Below are positions 25,844 to 35,505 of a stretch of DNA of 64,000 bases, piece by piece. Position 1 is the stretch's first letter; the number at the start of each line of letters is the position of its first letter. Under the pieces are notes generated by a model. It made no database searches, was not told the DNA's origin, and saw only the letters and a list, made by a program, of their open reading frames with translations. The translations under genes and the position numbers were made by a program. This DNA is from Polyangiaceae bacterium (GTDB lineage Bacteria; Myxococcota_A; Polyangia; Polyangiales; Polyangiaceae), in NCBI GenBank assembly GCA_050287085.1, contig JBNKBE010000021.1, positions 1,124 to 65,123 of the forward strand. The letters run 5' to 3'.

Positions 25844-27553
25844 TCATGGTGAACAGACTTCCGTCGGCGCGCGCGCTTCGAGATGTTCTACCGCCAGCAG
25901 TAGTTGCTCCAAGACGGCCAGCTCTGCGTTTGCTCTTACTGTCAATGTGTGTTTAGCCGTGGCCCACGTCTCGTCGAGGGAGAGCAACAGCTCGCTGACC
26001 GTTGTCGTCTGGAGGGCAGTGCTGGACGTCGGATCCGGAAGCCACGCGTAGCCAGTGTATTGAACGCCAAACGGGAGGTCGAACTGGGACTGCTTGGGCG
26101 TCGGGGCGCGGCGCGTGATGTGTGGCTCCGTTGTTGAATTCGCGTCCAACTCAAGGGAGATACGGGCGTGGGCCCCCTGGGGGAGCCAGCTTCTGACGCG
26201 GAGCCAGTGCGCGCGTTGGGGCGTTAAGTCGACGTTGAATTGCAGCTCTTCGTCGGGAGCTACGCCATACGCGCGCAGGCGGCGCCACTCCGCCTCAGAG
26301 CCGCGGTCGGATACCAGGAGGAGGGCTCCAACAGGCATGGTGCTGACGCGGATTGTCCCCCTCGTGTTGCGGCTCCCGGTCAGCGTGCCACTGGCAAAGG
26401 CGTGGTCGAGGGGGCGCTGATGAGCCGCTCCCCACCAGACGGCCACGTTGGCTCGAGGGGTTGCGTTTTGAAAGAAGAAGCTCGCGTCCGTCGCCGGCGC
26501 TGTGAGGGTGCGCTTCGCCTGCGTAGCCGTGAGCGCCAGGAAGGGCTCCCCGTAGCTCGCCGCGGAGCTTGGCACGAACGCTGGCCGGGAACGACCGAAG
26601 ATCCGGGGCTGAAGACGGTGGCGGATGGCGTCCTTCGGGGGGCGAGGCTCGGCTCGGATCGCGCGTGTCGCGACGAGTTCCCGCTCGCTCGGGGCGCTAG
26701 CGCGGAGCTGCGCCCACGACGCCACCTCGAGCGGGGCTTCGGCAAACTGTCGCCCGATGCGCGCTTCCCAGCGGGCGTAGGGCGGAGCGGCTCGTCGCTC
26801 CTGGCGCCAGGGGTCCGGAACGAAAGCCACGGCTGCCACATACTGGGGTGCCAGCACCTCCACCTGGATGGTGTCCGGAGGGAGGGGCAGCTCAATCCAG
26901 CGGGTCTCTGACAATAGCTCAGATGCCGCGTAGTCGCAGCCGGAAAGGGGGGCGTTGAGCTTCAGTTGTTGCGCTTGCTCTGAACCGCTCGCTTGCAGCA
27001 TCCGGATTGCGATCGGCGTATGCTCCAGAGCGCTTCCCACGCCCCACACCTTGAGCCGCAGCAGGCGCTCCGTCCCAGCCAGGACGTATTGAAGCGCGTT
27101 GTCCGGCGACAGTTGATAGCCTACTTCGCTCCGCGTCTCCGGACGCAACACGAAAGCCTGTTCGGTGGTCTGGGTCACCAAGCGCAGGGGCGCCGGCGGG
27201 GCGCTTCGCAGCAGCAGTGTTCCCGCGGCATGCTCGCTCAGGTCCACGGTGAACTGGCCACTTGGATCTACCTGATGCTGGCTATGATGCTCGTCCAGAC
27301 GAAGCCAGACTGTGGCGCCGGGAGGGGCGTGAACGGTGTATTGGCCCGGCTGGAGCAGCGTAAACGACTGCCAAGCTCGGGGAGCCGGTCGCGTGACGTT
27401 TGTGTTCGGCGTTTGGGTTCGAGCCGCGGGCGGCTGCCCTGGCTGCATAGCGCTAAGCGCGCGGCGGGCTATCGCTGCCAGCTGCGCTCCCCAGGGTTTG
27501 AAGCTGCCGAGCGTCAGCACGCCGAGCAGCAAGAGGCCTAGCGCGACTCTCAT
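25844..27553 (-). CDS. Hypothetical secreted protein
   Basis: 569 aa with the signal-like N-terminus MRVALGLLLLGVLTLGSF. No recognisable domain. A 4-nt overlap with the upstream gene suggests translational coupling. Confidence 0.5.
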   Translation of the reverse strand: MRVALGLLLLGVLTLGSFKPWGAQLAAIARRALSAMQPGQPPAARTQTPNTNVTRPAPRAWQSFTLLQPGQYTVHAPPGATVWLRLDEHHSQHQVDPSGQFTVDLSEHAAGTLLLRSAPPAPLRLVTQTTEQAFVLRPETRSEVGYQLSPDNALQYVLAGTERLLRLKVWGVGSALEHTPIAIRMLQASGSEQAQQLKLNAPLSGCDYAASELLSETRWIELPLPPDTIQVEVLAPQYVAAVAFVPDPWRQERRAAPPYARWEARIGRQFAEAPLEVASWAQLRASAPSERELVATRAIRAEPRPPKDAIRHRLQPRIFGRSRPAFVPSSAASYGEPFLALTATQAKRTLTAPATDASFFFQNATPRANVAVWWGAAHQRPLDHAFASGTLTGSRNTRGTIRVSTMPVGALLLVSDRGSEAEWRRLRAYGVAPDEELQFNVDLTPQRAHWLRVRSWLPQGAHARISLELDANSTTEPHITRRAPTPKQSQFDLPFGVQYTGYAWLPDPTSSTALQTTTVSELLLSLDETWATAKHTLTVRANAELAVLEQLLLAVEHLEARAPTEVCSP

Positions 27554-30105
27554 CGCGGCGCTCCATGATGTTCACTTGGAAGTGCCCAGGCGAGTCTTGA
27601 TGGTGCGGTCAGTCCGGTGCTTCGCGGTGCAAGAGCTAGCCAATGCTCTCCGCTTCGGGCTGCCCAGTAGAGCCATGTGAGTTCAGTCGCCGGATCTCGG
27701 AACACCTCGGGTTGGCAGCGGCCCGCCGCAAACACCAGCGCTAGGAAGTTTGGGTTGTCAGTCTCGTTGTAGCGCCTGGCTGCGCCCAGGCTGGGCTCGA
27801 GTGAACAGTGCGCGAGGCAGGCCTCCCCACGGCAAAGCTCTGTTGTGGCGTCCAGGCGTCGCAGCGGCACTCTGAGTGCCGCAAGCCGCTGGGCAGTGCT
27901 CTGGCTGGTTGTGCTCACAACGCGGGCCGCGTCGCTCGCTGAAAGGGTGAGCCTTGCGCCTTTGAGCACGGAGCTTTCCCGCGGGTCGAGCTGCACCGTG
28001 ATGCCCGCGCTTCCGAGTTCCTGGGCCCAGTGCGTTGCCCTTGCCGCGCTGTGGGCGGGAAAGCGCAAGGAGGAGCGAGAGGTCGGGCCGGTACATAGCT
28101 CGAGAGTATCGGCGCCGGACACCATTGCCTCCGCGGTGAATACCAGACTTCCTGCCAAGTCTTGCCACAACAAGTCGAGTCCCAGCCGAAGCGCTGCGGC
28201 GCTTGCTCCTGGGCCGACCACAAGTGTGGCGGCGCTCCTTGGGGCTGGTGCGAGCAAGACCGTGGGCCTATGGGGCCCGGTCGAAACCCGAGGCGCGATG
28301 TAAAGTAACCAGCGCTTGTCACCAATGCGAATCAGTTGCTCTTCATAACCCAGTTCGAGCGCTGCCCTGCGCCACAGTTCGCGGGCGGGCGCTTGCTCGG
28401 GGGCGCCGGCGAGACCGTCGAGTAGGTAGCGTTGCCATACTACTTCTGCGGCTCCCGAAGGCGCGGCCACAGAAGGCGTGGGGGCTTCAGGGGGTGTCCT
28501 CGGCGCGCTTGCGATGCGTTGGCCGAGGGCGGGAAGTGACAGTGGGATGACCGTTGCGCTTCGGGGCAGGGTCAGGATGCGCTCGACGAGGGCTCCGGCA
28601 ACTTGTGGTGTTAGGCGAATTGCAACGTGAGTCGGTGCCGAGCCTGGAACTGAATCTGGAGCTGCGGGACTTAGGTATGGGGCGAGCGCCGCGCGGGCTT
28701 GTCTGCGCGTGTCGGCAGGGCCTCCGATAACACTTGTTGCCGGGCCAAACCCTACGAGCCTATAGCGGGGTTCTTCGCTCGGCTCGTCCCACTCAAGAGG
28801 TTCGGCGGCGGTGCATGGAGGCCGCAGGATCTCAAGCTGACGCGTGCCGAGCAGTTCTGCCAGGGCTAGGGCGACGGCACTGAGCTCGGGCGCACCGCAG
28901 CCGACGGAAACACGCAGGGTTCCGGCGCGCTGAAGGCGACCGCCGTCACTTCCGACCAAGGCTTCGGGTGCCCGGGCTACGGCGCGCTTCGGGCCGGCCC
29001 TCAGGGACCAATCGTGGTTGGGTGCCGCGCCGCGGGCTGCGGAGGGTGGCGTGGCCTGGCCTAGGGTCCGCGTGCGCTCCCATGCGGCGAGCGACAGTGC
29101 GGCTTGCGCGAGGGGGAGGTGGGCGGCTACCGAGGAGGCGCTCGCACTGGCTCGGTAGCGCTGCTGTTGCAGGGCAAACGAAAGCGTCAGGGCAAGTGCC
29201 ACCGCGCCGACGCCAGTACCCCACGCCAGGGCGTCAGCCCGCGACAGGCGGTGGCGAGCTCCCTCGCGGGCCACGCGCCAAGCGATGTAAGCAAGCCACG
29301 GCATCAGCAGGCTCAGGCCCCTTGCGGCAAGGCTCAGGACAGCACAGGCGCATAGGACCAGCGCGCTGGCCTTCAGTGCCGCGCGTGAGAACGGAGCAAT
29401 CAGCAGTCGCACCAGCAGTGCGGCGCAGGCGGTGATAGCCGCGGGCGCTCCTAGCACCAGGCTGAGGCCTAGTGCGTCCCCCCAGGCGATGAGGGGTGAA
29501 GCCAGCTCCAGCGGAAGCCAAGCACTCGCAGCGAGAACCCACTGCAGGCTCACAAGCCGTTCGGTGGCTGTGTCTAGGTCCAGCCCCGGTATGCTGAGAG
29601 GGGGGGCTCCCGCGGCATGATAAGCGGCAACGGCCAGGCCAGAGCATCCCAGGCGCCACGCCAGCGCTGGCCCTAGAAGCGAGATTTGCCCGTGCACCTG
29701 GGGCGCGATGGTTTGAGCGAGCCGCGGGATAGCTAGCCACGCCAGGGCCAGAGCTGTTGTCAGTGGGGCGTTGGAGGACGCCTCGTGGCCGCCGGCGCTG
29801 CTTGAGAGCCACACCGCGTGACCGGCAGCGACGGCGATGGTCCCAGCGCAAGTGGCCACGGCGCTCTGAACCGGGGCGGACATGGCGGGATTGACCAGCA
29901 GTCGAGTGGCCGCGATGGCCACCGCTGACTCCAAAGCCAAGAGGCTCGCAGCCTGTGCCTCGTGGTGTAAACATAGCGCCAGTAGCCCGAGCAAGGCAGA
30001 CAGCGAACTCAGGTCCCGGCCGCCAGGGCTTCGAAGTCGAGTGTTCGCATTGCCGCTCTTCCTTGGGCGTTGAAGGGCCTTGGCCCGCGGCTCGAATCCT
30101 GTCAT
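27550..30105 (-). CDS. Hypothetical polytopic membrane protein with a large C-terminal soluble domain
   Basis: 851 aa. About 8 Ala/Leu-rich TM helices lie in the first ~330 aa, followed by a ~500-aa unrecognised region. Confidence 0.5.
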   Translation of the reverse strand: MTGFEPRAKALQRPRKSGNANTRLRSPGGRDLSSLSALLGLLALCLHHEAQAASLLALESAVAIAATRLLVNPAMSAPVQSAVATCAGTIAVAAGHAVWLSSSAGGHEASSNAPLTTALALAWLAIPRLAQTIAPQVHGQISLLGPALAWRLGCSGLAVAAYHAAGAPPLSIPGLDLDTATERLVSLQWVLAASAWLPLELASPLIAWGDALGLSLVLGAPAAITACAALLVRLLIAPFSRAALKASALVLCACAVLSLAARGLSLLMPWLAYIAWRVAREGARHRLSRADALAWGTGVGAVALALTLSFALQQQRYRASASASSVAAHLPLAQAALSLAAWERTRTLGQATPPSAARGAAPNHDWSLRAGPKRAVARAPEALVGSDGGRLQRAGTLRVSVGCGAPELSAVALALAELLGTRQLEILRPPCTAAEPLEWDEPSEEPRYRLVGFGPATSVIGGPADTRRQARAALAPYLSPAAPDSVPGSAPTHVAIRLTPQVAGALVERILTLPRSATVIPLSLPALGQRIASAPRTPPEAPTPSVAAPSGAAEVVWQRYLLDGLAGAPEQAPARELWRRAALELGYEEQLIRIGDKRWLLYIAPRVSTGPHRPTVLLAPAPRSAATLVVGPGASAAALRLGLDLLWQDLAGSLVFTAEAMVSGADTLELCTGPTSRSSLRFPAHSAARATHWAQELGSAGITVQLDPRESSVLKGARLTLSASDAARVVSTTSQSTAQRLAALRVPLRRLDATTELCRGEACLAHCSLEPSLGAARRYNETDNPNFLALVFAAGRCQPEVFRDPATELTWLYWAARSGEHWLALAPRSTGLTAPSRLAWALPSEHHGAPR

Positions 30106-30195
30106 TGCCGGTCGGCGCAGGCAAGGCGTGGGCGGAGCCCCGAGACCTCCGGGGAGCGCTCCTGCGATCCCTCTAGGCGGTTACTCGTTGAACGC

Positions 30196-31047
30196 TCAGG
30201 TGAACGCGGACGCACACACATAGGTCGGAATGATGCCGGTTGTCTCGACCAGCATTTCGTAGCGACTGGGTTGCGTATTGCCCGACAAGACCAGTGCCGT
30301 GTCAATGCCAAAGGCGTTGCCCCCATGGATATCCGTGTACAAGGTGTCACCGACCATCAGGACCTTTGACTTCTTTAGGGCCGAGTCGTTGGCTACGGCG
30401 GCGGCGAAGGCGTAGCCGAACATGGAACTATCCGGCTTGCCAAAGTACGTAAATGAGCGCTGCAGGATCCCCTCCATCATCCGACCCAAGCTGCCAATCG
30501 CAACGGCGATGTCCGACTGATTCACGGGGTAGGCCGCGTCTGCGTTCGCCACGATGACGGGGATGGTGCGGCGGCGCAGAAGATTGAGTGCGCGGTTGAC
30601 GTCTCGGAACCAATCGAAGCCCTCATCGTCCAGGAGCACTAGGGCGGAGATTTCGCGTTCGTCTGCTTGCTCCACCTGGGCCAAGGGGATCGCCTCCCGG
30701 CCCGCCGCTTCAATGTAATACGCTGACTGCACTCCGCCCAAATAGGCGACCTTCCCGTGTTTGACTTTGGCCCGTAGGTATTCCTTCGCGAGTAGTCCGG
30801 AGGAGATGACTCGCGCAGCGTCGAGCAGCGCCCCGTGCTTGGGGTGTTGGTAACTCATCGCCATCTGAGCCGGGGCTTTGGACGCGTCGTTGGTCAGGAG
30901 AAAGACGTCTTTGCCGGTCTGGCGCAGCCACACCAGGAGATCGAGCGCTTGGGGCAAAACGCCGCTGGAGGTCTTGAGGACGCCGAAGGCGTCAAAGAAG
31001 ACCGTCTGGTAGTCGGTGGCGATCTCGGCGAACGAACTCAGCTTCAT
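30196..31047 (-). CDS. HAD-superfamily subfamily IIA hydrolase
   Basis: VFFDAFGVLK (DxxGV variant of motif I), FLLTNDASK, MVGDTLYTDIHGG. About 280 aa, as typical for HAD-IIA. Confidence 0.75.
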   Translation of the reverse strand: MKLSSFAEIATDYQTVFFDAFGVLKTSSGVLPQALDLLVWLRQTGKDVFLLTNDASKAPAQMAMSYQHPKHGALLDAARVISSGLLAKEYLRAKVKHGKVAYLGGVQSAYYIEAAGREAIPLAQVEQADEREISALVLLDDEGFDWFRDVNRALNLLRRRTIPVIVANADAAYPVNQSDIAVAIGSLGRMMEGILQRSFTYFGKPDSSMFGYAFAAAVANDSALKKSKVLMVGDTLYTDIHGGNAFGIDTALVLSGNTQPSRYEMLVETTGIIPTYVCASAFT

Positions 31048-31432
31048 GATGGGGCGCTCATGGGCACAGCGGATTGGGGCTTTGAATCAAGACCCTCCAG
31101 GGCGCGCCAGGGGGGCCGGGGGAGGACGGCCTGGGAGTCAGGGGTCTGGGTCGAGCCATCGCCGCGCCGAAATTCGAATCTTACCCGGTTGCGGGCGCCG
31201 CGTCACCACCCACGGCTGACCTCACGCGCCGGGGGGCCCGCGGGCTTTCAGCCACTACTTCCAGGTGCGACTTCAGGCCCAAGCGGGAGCGAGAAGACTA
31301 TTAATTCCACCAGGTAACGTGTACGACACGCAGCCGAAACACGCGGCTCGCTACAGCGCGTCGCACGGCTGTGGCCGTGGCGCGCGAGCGTGCGCTCGCA
31401 CCAACAAGAGACGGTTTATTTAAGGAGAGACA

Positions 31433-32845
31433 ATGACGACTTCTGCGGATGTTCTGAAGCTTATCTCGGATAAGGGCGTGAAGTACGTGGATCTGCGCTT
31501 CGTGGACACGAAGGGCAAAGAGCAGCACGTAACCGTTCCGGCGTCGGAGGTGGGCGCGGGCTTCTTCGAGAACGGCAAGATGTTCGACGGCTCGTCGATC
31601 GCTGGTTGGAAGCCCATCAACGAGTCCGACATGATTCTCATGCCGGATGCCGATACGGCCATCATGGACATCTTCATGAAGGATCCGACCCTCATTCTAC
31701 GCTGCGACATCGTCGAGCCGAGTGATATGTCGGGCTACAGCCGTGACCCGCGCTCCATTGCGAAGCGCGCCCTCGCTTACCTGACCAGCACGGGTATCGC
31801 CGATTCGGCCATCTTTGGGCCTGAGAACGAGTTCTTCGTTTTCGACAGCGTCACCTTCGAAAACAAGATGGGCGCGGCCAGCTACGCCGTCGAGTCTTCG
31901 GAAGCTGCATGGTCGTCGGCCATCAGGTACGAAGGGGGCAACTCCGGTCATCGTCCGGGCGTCAAGGGCGGCTACTTCCCCGTGCCGCCCGTCGACTCCC
32001 TGCAGGATATCCGCAGCGAGATGTGCAACGCCCTGGAGAAGATGGGCCTGGTCGTTGAGGTTCACCACCACGAGGTGGCCACTGCAGGTCAGTGCGAGAT
32101 CGGCGTGGGTGGCAACAAGCTCGTCAGCAAGGCTGACGAGGTGCTCATGCTCAAGTACGTCGTGTGGCAGGTAGCAGCCCAATACGGCAAGACCGCGACC
32201 TTCATGCCGAAGCCCCTGGTCGGCGACAACGGCAGCGGCATGCACGTGCATCAGTCGCTTTCGAAGGACGGCAAGAACATCATGTCGGGCGACGTGTACG
32301 CGGGCCTGTCACAGGAAGCGCTCTGGTACACGGGAGGCATCATCAAGCACGCCCGCGCGCTGAACGCCTTCACCAATCCGTCGACCAACAGCTACAAGCG
32401 CTTGGTCCCCGGGTTTGAGGCTCCCACGATTCTCACCTATTCGGCACGCAACCGCTCGGCATCGATTCGTATCCCATGGGTATCGAGCCCCAAGGCGGCG
32501 CGTATTGAGGTTCGCTTCCCGGATTCTACTGCCAATCCTTACCTAGCTTTCTCGGCGATGATGATGGCTGGGCTGGATGGTATTCAGAACAAGATCGATC
32601 CGGGCAAGGCGATGGATCAAGATCTGTACGAGCTGTCGCCTGCAGAAGAGGCCAAGCTCAAGACGGTCGCTCCCTCGTTGGACGTGGCGCTGGCTGCGCT
32701 GGCCGCTGACAACGACTTCCTGAAGAAGGGTGACGTGTTCAACTCCGACATGATCGACGCCTACATCGAGCTGAAGATGGAAGAGGTCACCAAGCTCCGC
32801 ATGTCGACGCATCCGATCGAGTTCGATCAGTACTACAGCCTCTGA
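31433..32845 (+). CDS. glnA: Glutamine synthetase type I
   Basis: [61 protein letters not shown] lies 6 nt upstream of the ATG. Confidence 0.95.
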   Translation: MTTSADVLKLISDKGVKYVDLRFVDTKGKEQHVTVPASEVGAGFFENGKMFDGSSIAGWKPINESDMILMPDADTAIMDIFMKDPTLILRCDIVEPSDMSGYSRDPRSIAKRALAYLTSTGIADSAIFGPENEFFVFDSVTFENKMGAASYAVESSEAAWSSAIRYEGGNSGHRPGVKGGYFPVPPVDSLQDIRSEMCNALEKMGLVVEVHHHEVATAGQCEIGVGGNKLVSKADEVLMLKYVVWQVAAQYGKTATFMPKPLVGDNGSGMHVHQSLSKDGKNIMSGDVYAGLSQEALWYTGGIIKHARALNAFTNPSTNSYKRLVPGFEAPTILTYSARNRSASIRIPWVSSPKAARIEVRFPDSTANPYLAFSAMMMAGLDGIQNKIDPGKAMDQDLYELSPAEEAKLKTVAPSLDVALAALAADNDFLKKGDVFNSDMIDAYIELKMEEVTKLRMSTHPIEFDQYYSL

Positions 32846-32888
32846 GCTAGCTCGGACGGCAGATACTGAAATATTCTGCCCTTAAAAG

Positions 32889-32926
32889 AACAGGAGTCAC
32901 CGGATGGTGGCTCCTGTTTCTTTTGT
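32889..32926 (+). terminator. Rho-independent terminator of glnA
   Basis: aacaggagtcacc-ggat-ggtggctcctgtt (13-bp stem with one G.T pair), followed by tcttttgtg. Confidence 0.7.
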
Positions 32927-33298
32927 GGGGGTCTCAAAATCTTTCTCGGACTCTGTAGCAAAGGTGGAGTGAAGCCAGGGGGTGCCGCATGGGTTGGCCG
33001 TTGCGCGGTGGTCGTTGAGCGCGCCGTTCACCTGGGTCGCATCACGTCGGCGACTGAGCGTGCAACTCTAGAATACCAGTAGAAAATATGCCTGTTCCCG
33101 CTCTGCGGGGAGGCGGCGTACCCCCATGACCGGCGCACAGCCCAGGAATGTTCACCTGAAGACCAGTGTGTTCCGTTGTCGCACACTGTGAACAGCTGCG
33201 GTGCGCCTTCAGTACCGTCGGGTGACGGCCATGCTCGTCCTGGCTAGTTCTGGCATGACTTTTTCGACAATTTCGACTCAAACGGGTTATGCGTTGTC

Positions 33299-33853
33299 GT
33301 GATACCAACTTCCTCGGAGAGAAGTGAATTGACTGAAACACTCGACAAATTGGTGCGTGGTACGAGAGATAAGCTAGGGCTGACGCAACAGCAGCTTGCC
33401 AAAGCCACGAAGACAACGGTTTCTCGGATATCACGTATCGAGCGTGGCTCTGAATTGCTTGGATTTCCCAAGTCGGCACGCTTGGCCAAGTGCTTGAAGC
33501 TGGACCACACAAAGATCGTAGCCTCCATTCTTCAGTCGCTGCTGGAGCGAGCCGAGTTGGGGTATGAGGTTAAGCTGCTAAAGGTCGGTCGCAAGCGTCC
33601 TCGCTGCGGCGAAGAGGTGGCTCGTCTGCGGTACGCATCGGAGCTGAGTGTGCGTCAACTGGCCAAGATCGCCGGCATGCTTCCGTCGCGCGTAGCCAAA
33701 GTTGAAAATGACGCGACTCTAGTTCTTCAGCCCGGTACGGCGGCGCGTTTCGCCGAAGCGCTCGGTGTTGAGCCGCCGGTGCTTGTGGAACTCGCCCTCA
33801 CTGATTTGCTCCACAAGCACAAGCTCACGCAGCATCGGGTCAAACTGAAGTAG
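33299..33853 (+). CDS. XRE-family regulator with two HTH domains
   Basis: Two repeats of the Cro/C1 HTH pattern: LGLTQQQLAKATKTTVSRISRIERG and SELSVRQLAKIAGMLPSRVAKVEND. GTG start. The surrounding DNA has lower GC. Confidence 0.7.
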   Translation: MIPTSSERSELTETLDKLVRGTRDKLGLTQQQLAKATKTTVSRISRIERGSELLGFPKSARLAKCLKLDHTKIVASILQSLLERAELGYEVKLLKVGRKRPRCGEEVARLRYASELSVRQLAKIAGMLPSRVAKVENDATLVLQPGTAARFAEALGVEPPVLVELALTDLLHKHKLTQHRVKLK

Positions 33854-33903
33854 CCGTCCACCGGACCACCAGGAGTGGAGCTAGGGGTACACGGGGTGTT
33901 GCT

Positions 33904-35040
33904 CTAGGCCGTGGCGCAGCTTGAACGGCTCGCAAGGGCTTCGAGTCTGGCCTCGTGAGTACGTCCCAAGCCCGCGAGCAACGTCGAGACGACTTCGTGG
34001 AACTCAGGACGACCTTGCAGGGCGGCGCGGGCCCGCTCTAGCGCGGCTAGCGCAGTTCGCGGATGGTCCAATGCTGCGGCTTGGCGGGCGAACTCCAGCG
34101 CGACCTCGGGCTCCCCAGGGGCCTGCAACTGAGCTCCAGCCCAATGGGCGTAGGCCGCGTCAGGGTCGACCGTCTCCAGGCATAGCGCCAGGGTGCAACG
34201 AACGTCGATGGAGCGCGGGAAATCTCGCGACGCCTCATCGCATAGGGCATGTGCGGCAGACAGCTCCCCGTTCAGGAGGGCGAGCTGTGCAAGTAGGCTA
34301 GACGCTCTTGGATGGCGGTGGTGCTTGTCGAGCAGTGCAAGCAGGAGGCCAGCGGCGCGGGTAGCGTTGCCCTCTCCAATCGCTCGCTCCGCGGCCAGAA
34401 TCTCTTCTTCGTCCTGGGATTGGGGCGGCTGCTGGTCGCCGCGGACTGCCTCGACGATGGCGCACCCTGCGGGGCTCTGAACGCTGCGCTGCAAAGCGAA
34501 GCCCGCTCCTTCAATCAGGTACGCCAATTCGTCGGCAGTTCGACTTCGGACAATGGGAGGTAGCAGCGGCTGCCCAAGGATCTGGGGTTCCACCACGACG
34601 AGCAACGTCCCAGGCCTGACGTGTCGAAACAGGCTGTCCAGGAGTTTTCTTGGAATCAGCTGAAAGCTGAGGACGTCGACCAGGGTGACGACGGTTGGCT
34701 CGAAGGCTCTTGCCGCTTCCAGCGGAGAGGCTACGACATTCAGTTCTGGATACCACACGCTGGTCACCTGGCGGGCCTCGGCCTCCGCTTCGATGCCGAG
34801 AGCCGGGCAGTGCTCCGCCAGCAGCGCAAGGCCCTCACCTGAGCCGCAGCCGACATCCCAAACACGGTCTGCCGGAGTCAAGCGCTTGGCGATCGCCCGA
34901 TAGTACGCGAGGTTCGAAGGCGCAAGTCCGCTCAGATGCGGATCCCGTCGGCCACGGGTGCGGCGTAGAGGCACGATCGCAGAGCCGTGGTGGAGCGTCG
35001 TCTCCCCGTTGATGGCAGTGTGATATCGCGGACGGGTCAT
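33904..35040 (-). CDS. SAM-dependent methyltransferase fused to TPR-like repeats (candidate flagellin-modification enzyme)
   Basis: VWDVGCGSGEGLALLAE motif I. The C-terminal half has Ala-rich TPR-like helices. It lies 9 nt downstream of fliS on the same strand. The start was chosen at MTRPRY. Confidence 0.65.
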   Translation of the reverse strand: MTRPRYHTAINGETTLHHGSAIVPLRRTRGRRDPHLSGLAPSNLAYYRAIAKRLTPADRVWDVGCGSGEGLALLAEHCPALGIEAEAEARQVTSVWYPELNVVASPLEAARAFEPTVVTLVDVLSFQLIPRKLLDSLFRHVRPGTLLVVVEPQILGQPLLPPIVRSRTADELAYLIEGAGFALQRSVQSPAGCAIVEAVRGDQQPPQSQDEEEILAAERAIGEGNATRAAGLLLALLDKHHRHPRASSLLAQLALLNGELSAAHALCDEASRDFPRSIDVRCTLALCLETVDPDAAYAHWAGAQLQAPGEPEVALEFARQAAALDHPRTALAALERARAALQGRPEFHEVVSTLLAGLGRTHEARLEALASRSSCATA

Positions 35041-35048
35041 CGACTCAT

Positions 35049-35450
35049 TCAGGCAGACGGTGGTTTGGAGGCCTCGATCACCGCTTGTGGAACGGCTTGA
35101 GCCCAAGCTTCGCGCAGGGGTGTTAGGACGCGGATCACCTCTTCGATATAGGCGGCGTTCGCGTCGCGATTGGCTTCAGTAAGCCGTGTCATGGCAAAGT
35201 CGTAGACGCTGGCCAAGTTGGCGCATAGATCCGGATTTACCTTGTAGTCTAGAGCCAGGTACAACTCGGATACGACGGCGTGGGCTTTACATATTAGCTC
35301 TCGTCCGCGAGGCTTCTGGTTGTTTTCCAGGCATAGTCGGGCGCCATTGAGGAAACGAAAGAGACCGTCGTAAAGGGCAAGCAGGAGCTCGCCCGGTGTG
35401 AGGGTGTTCTGCTGGACCTGTTTGTAGCGCTGGACTGCGTTGGGGAGCAT
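35049..35450 (-). CDS. fliS: Flagellar export chaperone FliS
   Basis: YKQVQQNTLTPGELLLALYDGLFRFL, 133 aa, downstream of fliD. Confidence 0.85.
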   Translation of the reverse strand: MLPNAVQRYKQVQQNTLTPGELLLALYDGLFRFLNGARLCLENNQKPRGRELICKAHAVVSELYLALDYKVNPDLCANLASVYDFAMTRLTEANRDANAAYIEEVIRVLTPLREAWAQAVPQAVIEASKPPSA

Positions 35451-35505
35451 GGTTCTTGGTTCGAACTAGTTCGCAAATGAAGCGCGGGACGATGTGATGT
35501 CGTTC

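Noticed and set aside
24800-25852. Alternative-frame ORFs (223 aa minus, 318 aa plus) inside the 738-aa gene
   Set aside because: These are Arg/Ala/Pro-rich overlapping frames typical of GC-rich coding DNA. The 738-aa frame has HEAT-like repeats and a TM helix and is the most plausible.
30086-30100. tRNA T-loop-like string ggctcgaatcc
   Set aside because: The flanking sequence cannot form T-arm or acceptor stems, and it lies inside the 5' end of a CDS. No tRNA was recognised anywhere in the window.
29234-30124. 296-aa minus-strand ORF in another frame of the 851-aa gene
   Set aside because: It lies on the same strand but out of frame with a TM-helix-rich frame. Its composition (Arg/Gly/Pro) indicates a shadow ORF.
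31340-31400. sigma54/NtrC-type promoter for glnA
   Set aside because: The TGGCGCG and TGC strings present do not have GG-N10-GC spacing. Only the palindromes are reported.
33247-33262. sigma54-like TGGCATGacttTTTCG upstream of the XRE gene
   Set aside because: The invariant -12 GC is replaced by TC, so this is not counted as a promoter candidate.
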